From the NCBI GenBank assembly GCA_046331705.1, contig JAXLQJ010000059.1, forward strand, positions 1 to 45,118: 45,118 nucleotides of DNA, written 5' to 3'. Below the pieces are notes generated by a model. The model worked only from the letters and a program-made list of their open reading frames with translations. It searched no databases and was not told the DNA's origin. Made by a program: the position numbers and the translations under genes. This DNA comes from a bacterium. Its GTDB lineage: Bacteria; JADJOY01. Numbering within the stretch: position 1 is the stretch's first letter; each line of letters begins with the position of its first letter. This document shows, piece by piece, positions 26,746 through 35,740 of this stretch.

Positions 26746-27003
26746 ATGAGAACACACCGTAAGCCTCCACAGCACGAAGACGACCTCCTTCCCGAATACG
26801 ACTTCACCGGCGGCGTTCGCGGAAAGTACCTCGAGCGCTATCGCGAGGGGACGAACGTCGTGCTTCTCGATCCGGACGTGGCCGAGGCATTTCCAGACTC
26901 GGCGGCAGTCAACGAAACGCTCCGCCGGCTCGTTTCCTTGGCCGAGGCGCGGGCACGCCCACGAACACCGTTGTCGAAGCGCGGTCGCCGAGCTCGACGC
27001 TGA
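26746..27003 (+). CDS. Cassette 6: orphan antitoxin-like protein (type usually found after BrnT)
   Basis: DDLLPEYDFTGGVRGKY...GTNVVLLDPDVAEAFPDSAAVNETLR. Its start is overlapped by a BrnT-like C-terminal remnant (RERRQYE). Confidence 0.75.
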   Translation: MRTHRKPPQHEDDLLPEYDFTGGVRGKYLERYREGTNVVLLDPDVAEAFPDSAAVNETLRRLVSLAEARARPRTPLSKRGRRARR

Positions 27004-27077
27004 AGCTGACGGCACGCGGGGTGTGCTCGTCTGGAGCGCGTGGTATTTCGGGGTCGCAGCTTGGTTTTGGGTTCGGC
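26987..27077 (+). repeat. attC site 6 (degenerate, terminal)
   Basis: GCCGAGC (AAC mutated to AGC)-TCGAC-GCTGAAGCTGACGGC ... GTCGCAGCTTGGT-TTTGG-GTTCGGC. Confidence 0.8.
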
Positions 27078-27187
27078 CAGACTCGCCTTGCGGGCGTCGA
27101 CGAAACGCATCTCGCCCATGCCACCGCCCAGATCGTGATCTTGGGCGGCCCTGGCCGGCGAGCCGGGCGCGATGGGGCTGCTCTGAG

Positions 27188-27738
27188 TCAGCGCGCGCGC
27201 CGGTAGTGCATGGCGACCGCGCCGCAGCGGAGCGGCGTCGCCGAGACCAGGTCGAGCCGTCGCGTGCTGGGCAGCCCGCTCTGGTACAGGGTCGGGCCGT
27301 GGCCGGCGATCCTGGGGTGGACGAGGAACTTGTACTCGTCGATCAGATCCAGCCGATCCAGCTCGGTCGCGAGCTTGCCGCTACCGAGGAGCACGCCGGC
27401 CGGAGTCGCGTCCTTGAGCTTCTGCACGCCCGTGCGGAGGTCGCCGGTGATGTGGTGGCTGTTGGTCCACGGGAAGTCCTTTCGCGTCGACGACACCACG
27501 TACTTCGGCTTCGCCTCCAGCTTGACCGCCCACTCGCGCACCGCCGGCGGCGCCGCCTCGTCGCCGCGTGCGATCGCCGGCCAATAGCTCTCCATCATCT
27601 CGTAGGTGACGCGGCCACGGCATCGCCCGCCCGCGTCCATGAGGCGGGTGAAGAAGGCGTGCGTCGTCGTCGGCGATTCCCTCCTGGTGATCGACGCAGC
27701 CGTCCAGGGTGACGTTGATGCTGAGGTCAGAGGCCCAT
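27188..27738 (-). pseudogene. Dihydrofolate reductase-like / RibD C-terminal (deaminase-reductase) family gene with frameshifted 5' part
   Basis: Intact 3' part (GRVTYEMMESYWP...KPKYVVSST...DLIDEYKFLVHPRIAGHG). The 5' part carries several small deletions relative to the clean copy at 28469-28582. May be intact in the real genome. Confidence 0.75.
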
Positions 27739-27864
27739 GCGGCAGTCTAAGCCATACGATTGCTCGCGGATGTCCTGGCGCCTCGGCTCAGGCCGGCACT
27801 CGGGTACGGAGGTCGGCGTCGCCGTGGAACTGCTGCCGCGCACCTGCTCGCGGAATGGAGTGCG

Positions 27865-28225
27865 ATGCCCATCGGTCTCGATCACGTCTTGGTTCCGGCG
27901 CGGGACAAGGTCGCTGCGGCGAGCTCGTGGCGGCTGCTCGGCGTGCCGTGGTCGGAAACAGGTGTCGGGCCGTTCGCGCCGGTGTACTGAACGACGGGCT
28001 CACGCTCGACTTCGACGAATGGACCGAGCCGTTCTCGCTCGGCCATTCTGTTTCCGGTGGACGGACGAGTTCGATGCGATCCTGGCGCGCATCAAGCCCC
28101 GGGCATCCGGTACCGCAGCAGCGTCCACGGCCCGTCGACTCCGGATCACACCGGCACGGCGGCAAGATCGTCTGGACAGCCGACGGCACCAATGGAATGC
28201 TCACGGTGGCTACGCACGGCGGCCG
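27865..28225 (+). pseudogene. Degraded copy of the VOC family gene
   Basis: Starts MPIGLDHVLVPARDK like the gene at 28719, then shows multiple frameshifts. Confidence 0.8.
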
Positions 28226-28459
28226 TTGAACCGCGATGCCAGCCCGTTGCGAGGTTTCGGTTCCAGGCTGTTCGTTGCCCCGATCACGATCGGTGAAGAA
28301 GCCGGCGCACCGCCGGACCCGGTTCGACGGGGCGGCGTCGTTGCTGAGGCCCAGGTGGCTGTGTAGAGTCCTGCTCGAGGTCACACATGGCCACGAATCT
28401 TGCCCCGATCCGGATCTCTTGGACCGAGCTTTCCGATGAGCGGAGAACCCAGAGCGCCG

Positions 28460-28582
28460 TCACTGCGAGCCCGCGTCCATGAGGCGGGTGAAGAAGGCGT
28501 GCGTCTCGTCGTCGGCGATTCCCTCCTGGTGGTCGACGCAGCCGTCCAGGGTGACGTTGATGCTGAAGGTCAAGAGTCCCAT
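28460..28582 (-). pseudogene. Clean 5' fragment of the DHFR-like gene
   Basis: MGLLTFSINVTLDGCVDHQEGIADDETHAFFTRLMDAG, then an abrupt stop. Confidence 0.75.
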
Positions 28583-28718
28583 GCGGCGAGTCTAAGCCAT
28601 ACGATTGCTCGCGGATGTCCTGGCGCCTCGGCTCACCCCGGGGCAACTCGGGTACGGTAGGTCGCCGTGCGCCGTGGAACTGCTGCCGCGCACCGCTGCT
28701 CGCGGAATGGAGAGTGCG

Positions 28719-29108
28719 ATGCCCATCGGTCTCGATCACGTCTTGGTTCCGGCGCGGGACAAGGTCGCTGCGGCGAAGCTCGTGGCCGAGCTGCTCGGCG
28801 TGCCGTGGTCGGAAACGGGTGTCGGGCCGTTCGCGCCGGTGTACGTGAACGACGGGCTCACGCTCGACTTCGACGAATGGACCGAGCCGTTCTCGCTCGG
28901 CCATTACTGTTTCCGGGTGGACGCGGACGAGTTCGATGCGATCCTGGCGCGCATCCAAGCCGCGGGCATCCGGTACCGCAGCAGCGTCCACGGCCCAGTC
29001 GACTCTCGGATCCACACCGAGCACGGCGGCAAGATCGTCTACTGGAACGAGCCCGACGGGCACCAATGGGAGATGCTCACGGTGAGCTACGCACGGCGGC
29101 CGACATGA
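28719..29108 (+). CDS. VOC/glyoxalase family protein
   Basis: LDHVLVPARDK, GHYCFRVDADEFDAI and VYWNEPDGHQWEMLT. GGAGAG RBS. Confidence 0.9.
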   Translation: MPIGLDHVLVPARDKVAAAKLVAELLGVPWSETGVGPFAPVYVNDGLTLDFDEWTEPFSLGHYCFRVDADEFDAILARIQAAGIRYRSSVHGPVDSRIHTEHGGKIVYWNEPDGHQWEMLTVSYARRPT

Positions 29109-29605
29109 GCGCGGAGGATCGCGACGACTCCATCACCATCACCCGCGCGGCGCTCACGGATGCGACGAGCCTCGCGCTCATCACGGCGCTCAACGCCGAG
29201 CTGAGTGACCTTTACCCCGAGCCGGGTGCCAATCACTTCACGCTCGATCCCGAGCAGGTCACCGGCGGGCGCGGTGCGTTCCTGGTGATTCGCGTGAATG
29301 GCGACGCCGTGGGCTGCGGCGCGGTGCGGGTGCTCGACGACGCAACCGCCGAGCTCAAGCGGATGTACACGGCACCCGTGGCACGCGGCACGGGCCTCGG
29401 TCGAAAGCTGGTGGCGGCACTCGAAGCGGAGGCGCGCGCACTCGGCGTGCGGCGTCTCGTCCTCGAGACCGGCACGCGCCAGCATGCGGCGCTGGCGCTC
29501 TACGAAAAATGCGGCTTCCGGCGCATCCCGCTCTTCGGCGAGTACTGCCTCTCACCGGACACCAGCATCTGCATGGGCAAGGATCTCGACGCACCCGCGG
29601 CGTGA
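29105..29605 (+). CDS. GNAT family N-acetyltransferase
   Basis: AVGCGA, AELKRMY, ARGTGLGRKLV and LETGTRQHAALALYEKCGF. ATGA overlap with the VOC gene. Confidence 0.92.
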   Translation: MSAEDRDDSITITRAALTDATSLALITALNAELSDLYPEPGANHFTLDPEQVTGGRGAFLVIRVNGDAVGCGAVRVLDDATAELKRMYTAPVARGTGLGRKLVAALEAEARALGVRRLVLETGTRQHAALALYEKCGFRRIPLFGEYCLSPDTSICMGKDLDAPAA

Positions 29606-29755
29606 CCCGCCGCCGGCCACGACTCACTCGGCGGTGAGCCCGTTGGAACGGCTAGCCGCTACGGTGTGCGTCGTCGTGAAACGGCGCGGCGAGAACGTCG
29701 TCGAGCGTCGAAGTGGCTCGAAAGCAGGCCTGTTCGCATCAACGGGCGACGTCCC

Positions 29756-30520
29756 TCAGCGCTTGGGCGGCATGCGTGTGGCGGCCACCAGGAAGGTCTC
29801 GACGGCGCCGGGAGGGGCCGCGCAATCGGGCGCCGGATAGTTCGGGACGCCGAACTCGGCGTTGATTACCCGCATCTCGCCCACCGTGCCCACCCAGTGG
29901 TAGGGAATCACGGCGCGCAGGGTGTCGAAGCGCACGAGGGCGTCGTAGAGATCCGTCGAACCGCAGCCGTTCGGCTCTCGTCCCGCGATGCGCGCGGCCT
30001 CGACCTCGATCTTGGGTTCCAGCGCCAGCGATTCTGCGCTTGCCGAGACCCACGCCTCGACCTCGTCGTCGCGGCCTCGCAGCGTGAGCGATGCGCGCGC
30101 GAGCGGGTCGTAGGTGTACGTGAGCGTGAAGTTCGCGGGATCGCCCACGGCAAGCGGCGGTGCCTTGGCTTGCTCGACCTCGAGCCCGACGACCAGCACG
30201 CCGCCGTCCGGTCGAGCGATCCGATACCAGAACGCGCCCTCGGTGGCGGCGCCCGGCGCCAGCGTCCGACCCACGACTCCGGCGCCGCGGAAGCAGTCGT
30301 CGGGCGGGTCGCCGCCGCCTTGCTCGATCACCGTTCCCGCGCTGGCGAACGTGCCGCCCAGCGCTCCGAGGCTCGGGTCCACGGGCGTCACGCAGGCGGC
30401 CACCCGCGGCTCGGGCGGAAAGTCGCCGAGCGACGGGAGCACTTCGCTGCCCGAACAACCGCCGGCCAGGCCGGCGAGCAGTGTGAGCGCGCCGAGGGCA
30501 CGCGCGGGGGCCGTGCTCAT
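29756..30520 (-). CDS. Hypothetical lipoprotein
   Basis: Signal peptide with lipobox LAGGC. GAAGG upstream. Directly downstream of can. Confidence 0.7.
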   Translation of the reverse strand: MSTAPARALGALTLLAGLAGGCSGSEVLPSLGDFPPEPRVAACVTPVDPSLGALGGTFASAGTVIEQGGGDPPDDCFRGAGVVGRTLAPGAATEGAFWYRIARPDGGVLVVGLEVEQAKAPPLAVGDPANFTLTYTYDPLARASLTLRGRDDEVEAWVSASAESLALEPKIEVEAARIAGREPNGCGSTDLYDALVRFDTLRAVIPYHWVGTVGEMRVINAEFGVPNYPAPDCAAPPGAVETFLVAATRMPPKR

Positions 30521-30533
30521 CGGGTCGTCACCT

Positions 30534-31175
30534 TCAGCGCGCCTCGACGGCCACGTGATAAACGGAAGAGATGTCGTCGGGCCCCGACATGGTCGTGCCG
30601 AGATCCCGCAGCACCCCGTCCTGAATGCCGTAGATCCAGCCATGAACGGAGAGCTCTTGCCCGCGGCGCCACGCCGACTGGACCAGCGTGGTGTGGCAGA
30701 CGTTGGCGACCTGCTCGATCACGTTGAGCTCGCAGAGCCGGTCGAGGCGCGCGTCGGGTGCTTCGATCCCGCGCAGCAACGCCTCGTGCTTCTGGTGTAC
30801 GTCGCGGATGTGGCGCAACCAGTTGTCGCAGAGCCCGAGCTGCGCCGAGCCGAGCGCGGCACGCACGCCGCCGCAGCCGTAGTGGCCGCAGACCATGATG
30901 TCGCGCACGCCCAGCACGTCGATCGCGAACTCGAGCACCGAGAGGCAGTTGAAGTCGGTGTGTACCACCACGTTCGCCACGTTGCGGTGGACGAAGAGCT
31001 CGCCGGGCGGCAGCCCGACGATCACGTTGGCGGGGACGCGACTGTCGCTGCAGCCGATCCACAGATATTGCGGCTTCTGCTGCGCGACCAGGCGCTCGAA
31101 GTACTTCGGATCGGCCGCGCGCATCTCGGCGGCCCAGCGTCGATTGTTGGTGAGCAAGTGATCGAGTGATCGCAT
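30534..31175 (-). CDS. can: Beta-class carbonic anhydrase
   Basis: WIGCSDSRVPAN, FVHRNVAN, CGHYGCGGV, LCELNVIEQV and VHGWIY. Confidence 0.96.
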   Translation of the reverse strand: MRSLDHLLTNNRRWAAEMRAADPKYFERLVAQQKPQYLWIGCSDSRVPANVIVGLPPGELFVHRNVANVVVHTDFNCLSVLEFAIDVLGVRDIMVCGHYGCGGVRAALGSAQLGLCDNWLRHIRDVHQKHEALLRGIEAPDARLDRLCELNVIEQVANVCHTTLVQSAWRRGQELSVHGWIYGIQDGVLRDLGTTMSGPDDISSVYHVAVEAR

Positions 31176-31415
31176 GGATCGTCGTCGCTCTCCGATGGCG
31201 TGGGTCAGGCTGGCGAGTGCCGTTTCGCGGGGAGGCGCGAGCATAACCGAGGCCGGCGAGACACGCGTGTGGCTGGCGCGCCACGCTCGGCGCGCGGGTC
31301 GCGGTGCGGGAATCCGGCGCATCGCGCGCGAATTCCGCACTTTCGATCGCGCGCGGCCGCGGCGCCGATCTTGCGGTGCCGCGTGCGCGTGGTGCCGCCG
31401 CTCTTCGTGATCCCG

Positions 31416-33311
31416 ATGAACCGACGACTTCGGACGCGCGGCGCGGCCATCGCCATGCTTGCGGGTGCCGGCGTCGTGGCGGCGCTGGTGTTGCGCGTCC
31501 GCCACGAGGTCCGCGACGCGGTCGCCGAGCCGGTGCGCGACCTCCGCCCGCTCGAATACGTCGAGGTTCGCCGTCCCGGGCCGGTGCTCAGGGCGTGGGG
31601 CGGCTCGGAGATCAGCGGCGTGACGAGCGATGGCTCGTGGCTCGCCGGCGGGTTCGGCGTCGCGCGGATCGCAGCCGTGGACGTCGCGAGTGATGGTGGG
31701 GCCGTCGACGTCTCGCCGGCGCCGGCGCTCGACTCGCTGGCAGTGGAAGCGATCACGTCGTGGCGCGGCCGCCCGGTGGTCGGGCCGCGCGCCGGCGGGT
31801 TGTTCGTCCTCGAGGACGCCGGTTGGCGCGAGCTCACGTCGGGCTGGGGCAAGCTCGAGGTGCGGGCGCTCGCGGAGACCGCCGCGGGTGAGCTGCTGGT
31901 GGGTGCCCGGCAGGGGCTCTTTCGCTTGCCGTTCGCCGCGCGCCAGCTCGAGCGCCTCGACGCGAAGCCGGTGCGCGCGCTGGCGATCGGGGACGGCGTC
32001 GTCCTCGCTGGCGGCGAAGCGGGGCTCGAGCGTGTCGCGCCCGGGGACGTCACGAGCCTCGACGCCTCCGACCCGTGGATCGAGGCCGTCACGTTGCTCG
32101 CGAACGCGTCGCGCCCGGGCACGGAGGCGTGGGTGGTCACCGCCACCGGGTTGGTGCGCGGACCGGCCGCGGGACCGCTCCTGCCGGTTGCGGGTGGCGA
32201 GCGGGTGGTCGCCGGCGTCGGTTTCCGTGGACGATTCGTGGGGATCGAGGAGGTCGCGCCGGAGCTCGGCGGCCGCCCGGGCGAGAGCGCGCTGCGCTGG
32301 TTCGAGAGCGACGGACGATCCCGCAGCGAGCGGCTCGAGCACGCCCCGCGGCGGCTCTTCGCGACGCGCGACGCGCTGCTCGTCGACACCGACGCTGGGC
32401 CCTGGTGGACCGACGGAAGCGCGGACTGGAAGCCGACTCCGTTCCGTCTGCCGGCTGCGCTGCCGGCGCGCTCGGCCCACGTCACCGCGCTCGCCGCGTC
32501 CGGCGAGCGGGTGCTCGCCGGGGTCTTCGACGGCGGCTTGATCGAGCATGCCACCGTCGCCGGCGACCCGAGCTGGCACGCGCTGCAAAGCGCCCGCGCG
32601 TGGGGCGTGAACGCGCTGCTGGTGACGGGCGGGGCCACGTACGTGGCGAGCTTGCGTGGCGCGGCGCGCCTGGTCGCGGGCGAGCTCACCGCGCTCGAAG
32701 GGCCGGGTGCGGCGTTCGCGCTCGCCGAGACCCGAGACGGTATCGCCATCGGCTACGCGCAAGGCGTGCGTCTCGCGAGCGGCAAGCTGCTCTCGGCGTT
32801 CCACGGCCTGCCCGGCAACCAAGCGCTCGCGCTCGTCAGCGCAGGGCCCACGCTCTTCGTGGGCACGCCGAGCGGGCTGGGGGCGGTCCGCGACGGCAAG
32901 GCGCGCTGGCGCATGACGTCGGGCGACGAGCGGCTGCCGAATCCGTGGGTCACGGCGCTCGCGATCCACGAGGGTGTCCTCTACGTCGGCACGTACGGCG
33001 GCGGCATCGCGCGGCACGCGCTCGGCGATTGGGTGACGGCGAACGCCAGCGCCGCCGTGCCGGCGCTCGTGCCCTTCGTCGAGACCGAGGGATGGAAGGT
33101 GAACCCGGGAACATTGGCCGCGTGGAACGGTCGATGCTACGCCGGAACCGACGGCCAGGGGCTTTTCCGGCTCGCGCGTGATGGTAGTCGCTTCGAGCCC
33201 GTTGCGGTGACGTTGCCGTCGTCGCGCGTGACGGCATTGACCGCGACCCCGGAAGCGCTCTACATCGGCACGGACCAGGGAGTCGCGATGCTCGCATCGG
33301 AGCTCGAATGA
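31416..33311 (+). CDS. Membrane-anchored beta-propeller protein (two-component-regulator-propeller-like repeats)
   Basis: N-terminal TM segment, then repeats such as LPGNQALAL...LFVGTPSGL, LPNPWVTAL...LYVGTYGGGI and LPSSRVTAL...LYIGTDQGV. ATGA overlap with the next gene. Confidence 0.8.
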   Translation: MNRRLRTRGAAIAMLAGAGVVAALVLRVRHEVRDAVAEPVRDLRPLEYVEVRRPGPVLRAWGGSEISGVTSDGSWLAGGFGVARIAAVDVASDGGAVDVSPAPALDSLAVEAITSWRGRPVVGPRAGGLFVLEDAGWRELTSGWGKLEVRALAETAAGELLVGARQGLFRLPFAARQLERLDAKPVRALAIGDGVVLAGGEAGLERVAPGDVTSLDASDPWIEAVTLLANASRPGTEAWVVTATGLVRGPAAGPLLPVAGGERVVAGVGFRGRFVGIEEVAPELGGRPGESALRWFESDGRSRSERLEHAPRRLFATRDALLVDTDAGPWWTDGSADWKPTPFRLPAALPARSAHVTALAASGERVLAGVFDGGLIEHATVAGDPSWHALQSARAWGVNALLVTGGATYVASLRGAARLVAGELTALEGPGAAFALAETRDGIAIGYAQGVRLASGKLLSAFHGLPGNQALALVSAGPTLFVGTPSGLGAVRDGKARWRMTSGDERLPNPWVTALAIHEGVLYVGTYGGGIARHALGDWVTANASAAVPALVPFVETEGWKVNPGTLAAWNGRCYAGTDGQGLFRLARDGSRFEPVAVTLPSSRVTALTATPEALYIGTDQGVAMLASELE

Positions 33312-35740
33312 CCGCCGTGGCTTCATCGCGCGCGTGGCTGGCCGTCGCCGTCGCCGCGGCGCTGGTGGCGACGCTGCTCGGGGCTGGCCGGGCGTCCGCG
33401 CAGGCCGGGCTCCTGGTCCCCACCAGCACCGGCACGCAAGACCCGAAGGTGCTGTCGCTGCGCGAGATGCGCGTCGACGTGGGCATCGCTCGCGGCTACA
33501 CCCGCGTGAACGCGGTGCAGATCTTCGAGAACCACACCGGCTCGGTGCAGGAAGGCACGTACCGCTTCGCGCTTCCGCCCTCGGCGGCGGTGGGCGATTT
33601 CGCGATCTGGGACGGCGTGGTGCGCATCCCCGGCGTGATCCTGGAAAAGCGCCGCGCCCGGGCGATCTATCGCGATCTCACGACCCAACGCATCGACCCG
33701 GGCCTCTTGCAGCAGGGCGAGGAAGAGGACGAAGGCGAGCCGGAGCCGGGCGGCACCTCCGGCTCGCGACGGCCCTCGGGCGGTGCGCTGTTCTCGGTGA
33801 CGGTCGCACCGATCCCGCCCCATGCCACCAAGCGCCTCGAGCTTCAGTTCCAGCAAGAGCTGCCGTTCACGGAGAGCGAAGGCGAGCTGCGCATCGCGCT
33901 CGCCCCGCCCGACGGCGAGCCGCTGATCGCAGGGTCGTTCGAGGTTCACGTCACGGGCGACCCGAGCGAGGTGGCGCTGGCGGCGCTGCCGACGGCATTG
34001 CCGCTCACCGCCGGCGGCAACGCCGCGACCCTCGCGTTCAGCGGCCGCGCCGTGCGGCTGGATCGCGATCTCGCGATCGGCATCCGGCCGGCGCCCAGTG
34101 CCGCGTTGCGTGTGAGCGCGTTCCGAAATCCCGAGGGAGCTCTTCCCGACGGGATCGCCCTCGCGCCGTGGGAGCGCCGCGACGAGATCCCACCCGAGAA
34201 GGACGGATTCTTCCTGTTCGAGATGCTGCCGCCCGCAGCGGCGGAACCCCCGTCAGCGGGGAGCACGCCGGCCGGCACCGCGGCGACCGCGTCGGCACGA
34301 CGCCCGCCGGTGGCCGTGGCCATCGCGTTCGACACCTCGTTCAGCCATCGCTGGTCCGGCCTGGAACGCGGCTACGCGCATCTCGTGCGCGTGCTGCGTG
34401 CCCTCGGGCCCGAGGATCGCTTCGCGTTGATCTCGTTCGACGCCGAGCCGCGCGTGGGAGCAGCGCTCGGCGCGGCGACGCCCGCCGCGGTGGAGGCGGC
34501 GCTCACGGCGCTTCGCGAGCAGGCGCTCGGCTTCGGTTCGGACGTGCCAGCGGGGCTCGCAGCGGCGGCGCGCGCGCTCGGCGGCGTCGCCGGAGGGCGC
34601 GTGCTCTTGATCTCGGACGGTCCGCCCGAGCCGGGCTCGCAGGAGCTGACCGCGGCGCTCGACGGTGTGCCGCTCTTCGCCGATCTCACGGGAGTCGAGG
34701 CTCCCGAGGCGTACCGCGCCGCGGCGCTCGGCTACCTCGTTGGCGGCGCCGCCGATCTCGAGACCGAGCTCTTCGAGCGGCGCGTGCTCGAGCCCATCGA
34801 GACGCGAGACGAGCGTCGTCCGGCGGCGTCGAGCGACGATCAGCCGTTCGTGGTCTCGGGCGGGAACCCGGCGCTGCGCGACGTCTATCCCGTGCTCATC
34901 CAGCCGCCCGAGCCCGGCAGCCTCTCGGGCTGGGTGGGGCGCTATGCGGCGCCGGCCGCCAAGCTCACGTTCCGCGTCGACTCGCCGCTACTGCCGGAGG
35001 CGGCGCGAGCGGTGACGACGGACCTGCCGGAGCGCGCGCTCGAGGCTCGCGATCTGCCGCGCCGCTGGGCCCGTGCGCGCGTGGACTATCTGCTCGATCG
35101 GATCGAGCGCGAAGGCGAGCGGCGCGAGTGGGTCGAGGAGATCGTGGCGCTCTCGAAGCGCTACAAGTTCGTGACTCCGTACACGGCGTTTCTCGCGGCA
35201 CCGCGCTCGCTGCTGCGGCCGCGCCGCATCCAGCCGGGCGATCCCGTGCTGCGCGTGGAATGCGACGAGAGCACCGTTGCCGCTACCGCGCTGCTGCCCT
35301 TCGGCGAGCGGCTGCCGCTCGTGCGTCGCCCGGAGTCGAACCTGTGGGAGGGGCGCTTCCTGGTGCCGGAGGGGCTGGCGGATGGGCGCTACGCGATCCG
35401 CATCGTGCTCACCGACGCGAGCGGCGCGCGCGTGACCGAGGCCAAGCACTTCGTCCTCGACGGCACCGCACCCACGATCGCGCCCCAGGACGTGTCTCGA
35501 GCGCGCGCCGGCGAGCGGCTGCGCGTCGCAGCGCGCACCGACTCCGACGTGGTGTTTCTGTCGGCACGCATCGCCGACGCGGCACCCGTGCCGTTGCGTT
35601 GGGACGCGACCAGCAAGGCCTCGGTGGGCGAGCTGATCGTGCCGACGAGCGCACGCGGCGCCACGCCGCTCTTCTTCGAGGCGGTGGACGGCGCCAAGAA
35701 CCGCGGCTTCGCGCGGGCGTCGGTCGAGGTGCTGCCATGA
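33308..35740 (+). CDS. Exported VIT + von Willebrand A domain protein
   Basis: Signal peptide. VIT (QIFENHTGSVQEGTYRFALP...DPGLL), vWA MIDAS DTSFS...LISDG and conserved FVTPYTAFLA, followed by extra beta-rich C-terminal domains. Confidence 0.88.
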   Translation: MTAVASSRAWLAVAVAAALVATLLGAGRASAQAGLLVPTSTGTQDPKVLSLREMRVDVGIARGYTRVNAVQIFENHTGSVQEGTYRFALPPSAAVGDFAIWDGVVRIPGVILEKRRARAIYRDLTTQRIDPGLLQQGEEEDEGEPEPGGTSGSRRPSGGALFSVTVAPIPPHATKRLELQFQQELPFTESEGELRIALAPPDGEPLIAGSFEVHVTGDPSEVALAALPTALPLTAGGNAATLAFSGRAVRLDRDLAIGIRPAPSAALRVSAFRNPEGALPDGIALAPWERRDEIPPEKDGFFLFEMLPPAAAEPPSAGSTPAGTAATASARRPPVAVAIAFDTSFSHRWSGLERGYAHLVRVLRALGPEDRFALISFDAEPRVGAALGAATPAAVEAALTALREQALGFGSDVPAGLAAAARALGGVAGGRVLLISDGPPEPGSQELTAALDGVPLFADLTGVEAPEAYRAAALGYLVGGAADLETELFERRVLEPIETRDERRPAASSDDQPFVVSGGNPALRDVYPVLIQPPEPGSLSGWVGRYAAPAAKLTFRVDSPLLPEAARAVTTDLPERALEARDLPRRWARARVDYLLDRIEREGERREWVEEIVALSKRYKFVTPYTAFLAAPRSLLRPRRIQPGDPVLRVECDESTVAATALLPFGERLPLVRRPESNLWEGRFLVPEGLADGRYAIRIVLTDASGARVTEAKHFVLDGTAPTIAPQDVSRARAGERLRVAARTDSDVVFLSARIADAAPVPLRWDATSKASVGELIVPTSARGATPLFFEAVDGAKNRGFARASVEVLP

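Larger units (their letters stand above)
21638..27077 (+). mobile_element. Integron: intI, putative attI and cassette array (co-oriented integrase)
   Basis: IntI is followed by about six cassettes or remnants delimited by attC-type imperfect inverted repeats. Confidence 0.92.
27629..29102. repeat. Tandem direct duplication (27629-28225 vs 28469-29102)
   Basis: The copies align end to end. The first is 597 nt and the second 634 nt, the difference arising from many small deletions. Confidence 0.92.

Noticed and set aside
23443-27077. Recurring ~90-nt repeats as a CRISPR array
   Set aside because: The repeats are long imperfect hairpins separated by gene-sized, variable inserts next to an IntI. 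They are attC sites, and no cas genes are present.
27078-29605. DHFR-like, VOC and GNAT genes as further resistance cassettes
   Set aside because: No attC sites were seen after 27077 and the genes are in mixed orientation. The DHFR-like protein is of the RibD-C family, not a dfr cassette.
31176-33326. 930-aa ORF as a giant carbonic anhydrase fusion
   Set aside because: The extension is the antisense of the beta-propeller gene. The Can homology begins at ATG 31175.
33334-35736. N-terminal 801 codons of the 3480-aa ORF
   Set aside because: Arg/Gly-rich shadow frame overlapping the VIT-vWA gene. The real start is most plausibly ATG 35737 at the ATGA overlap.
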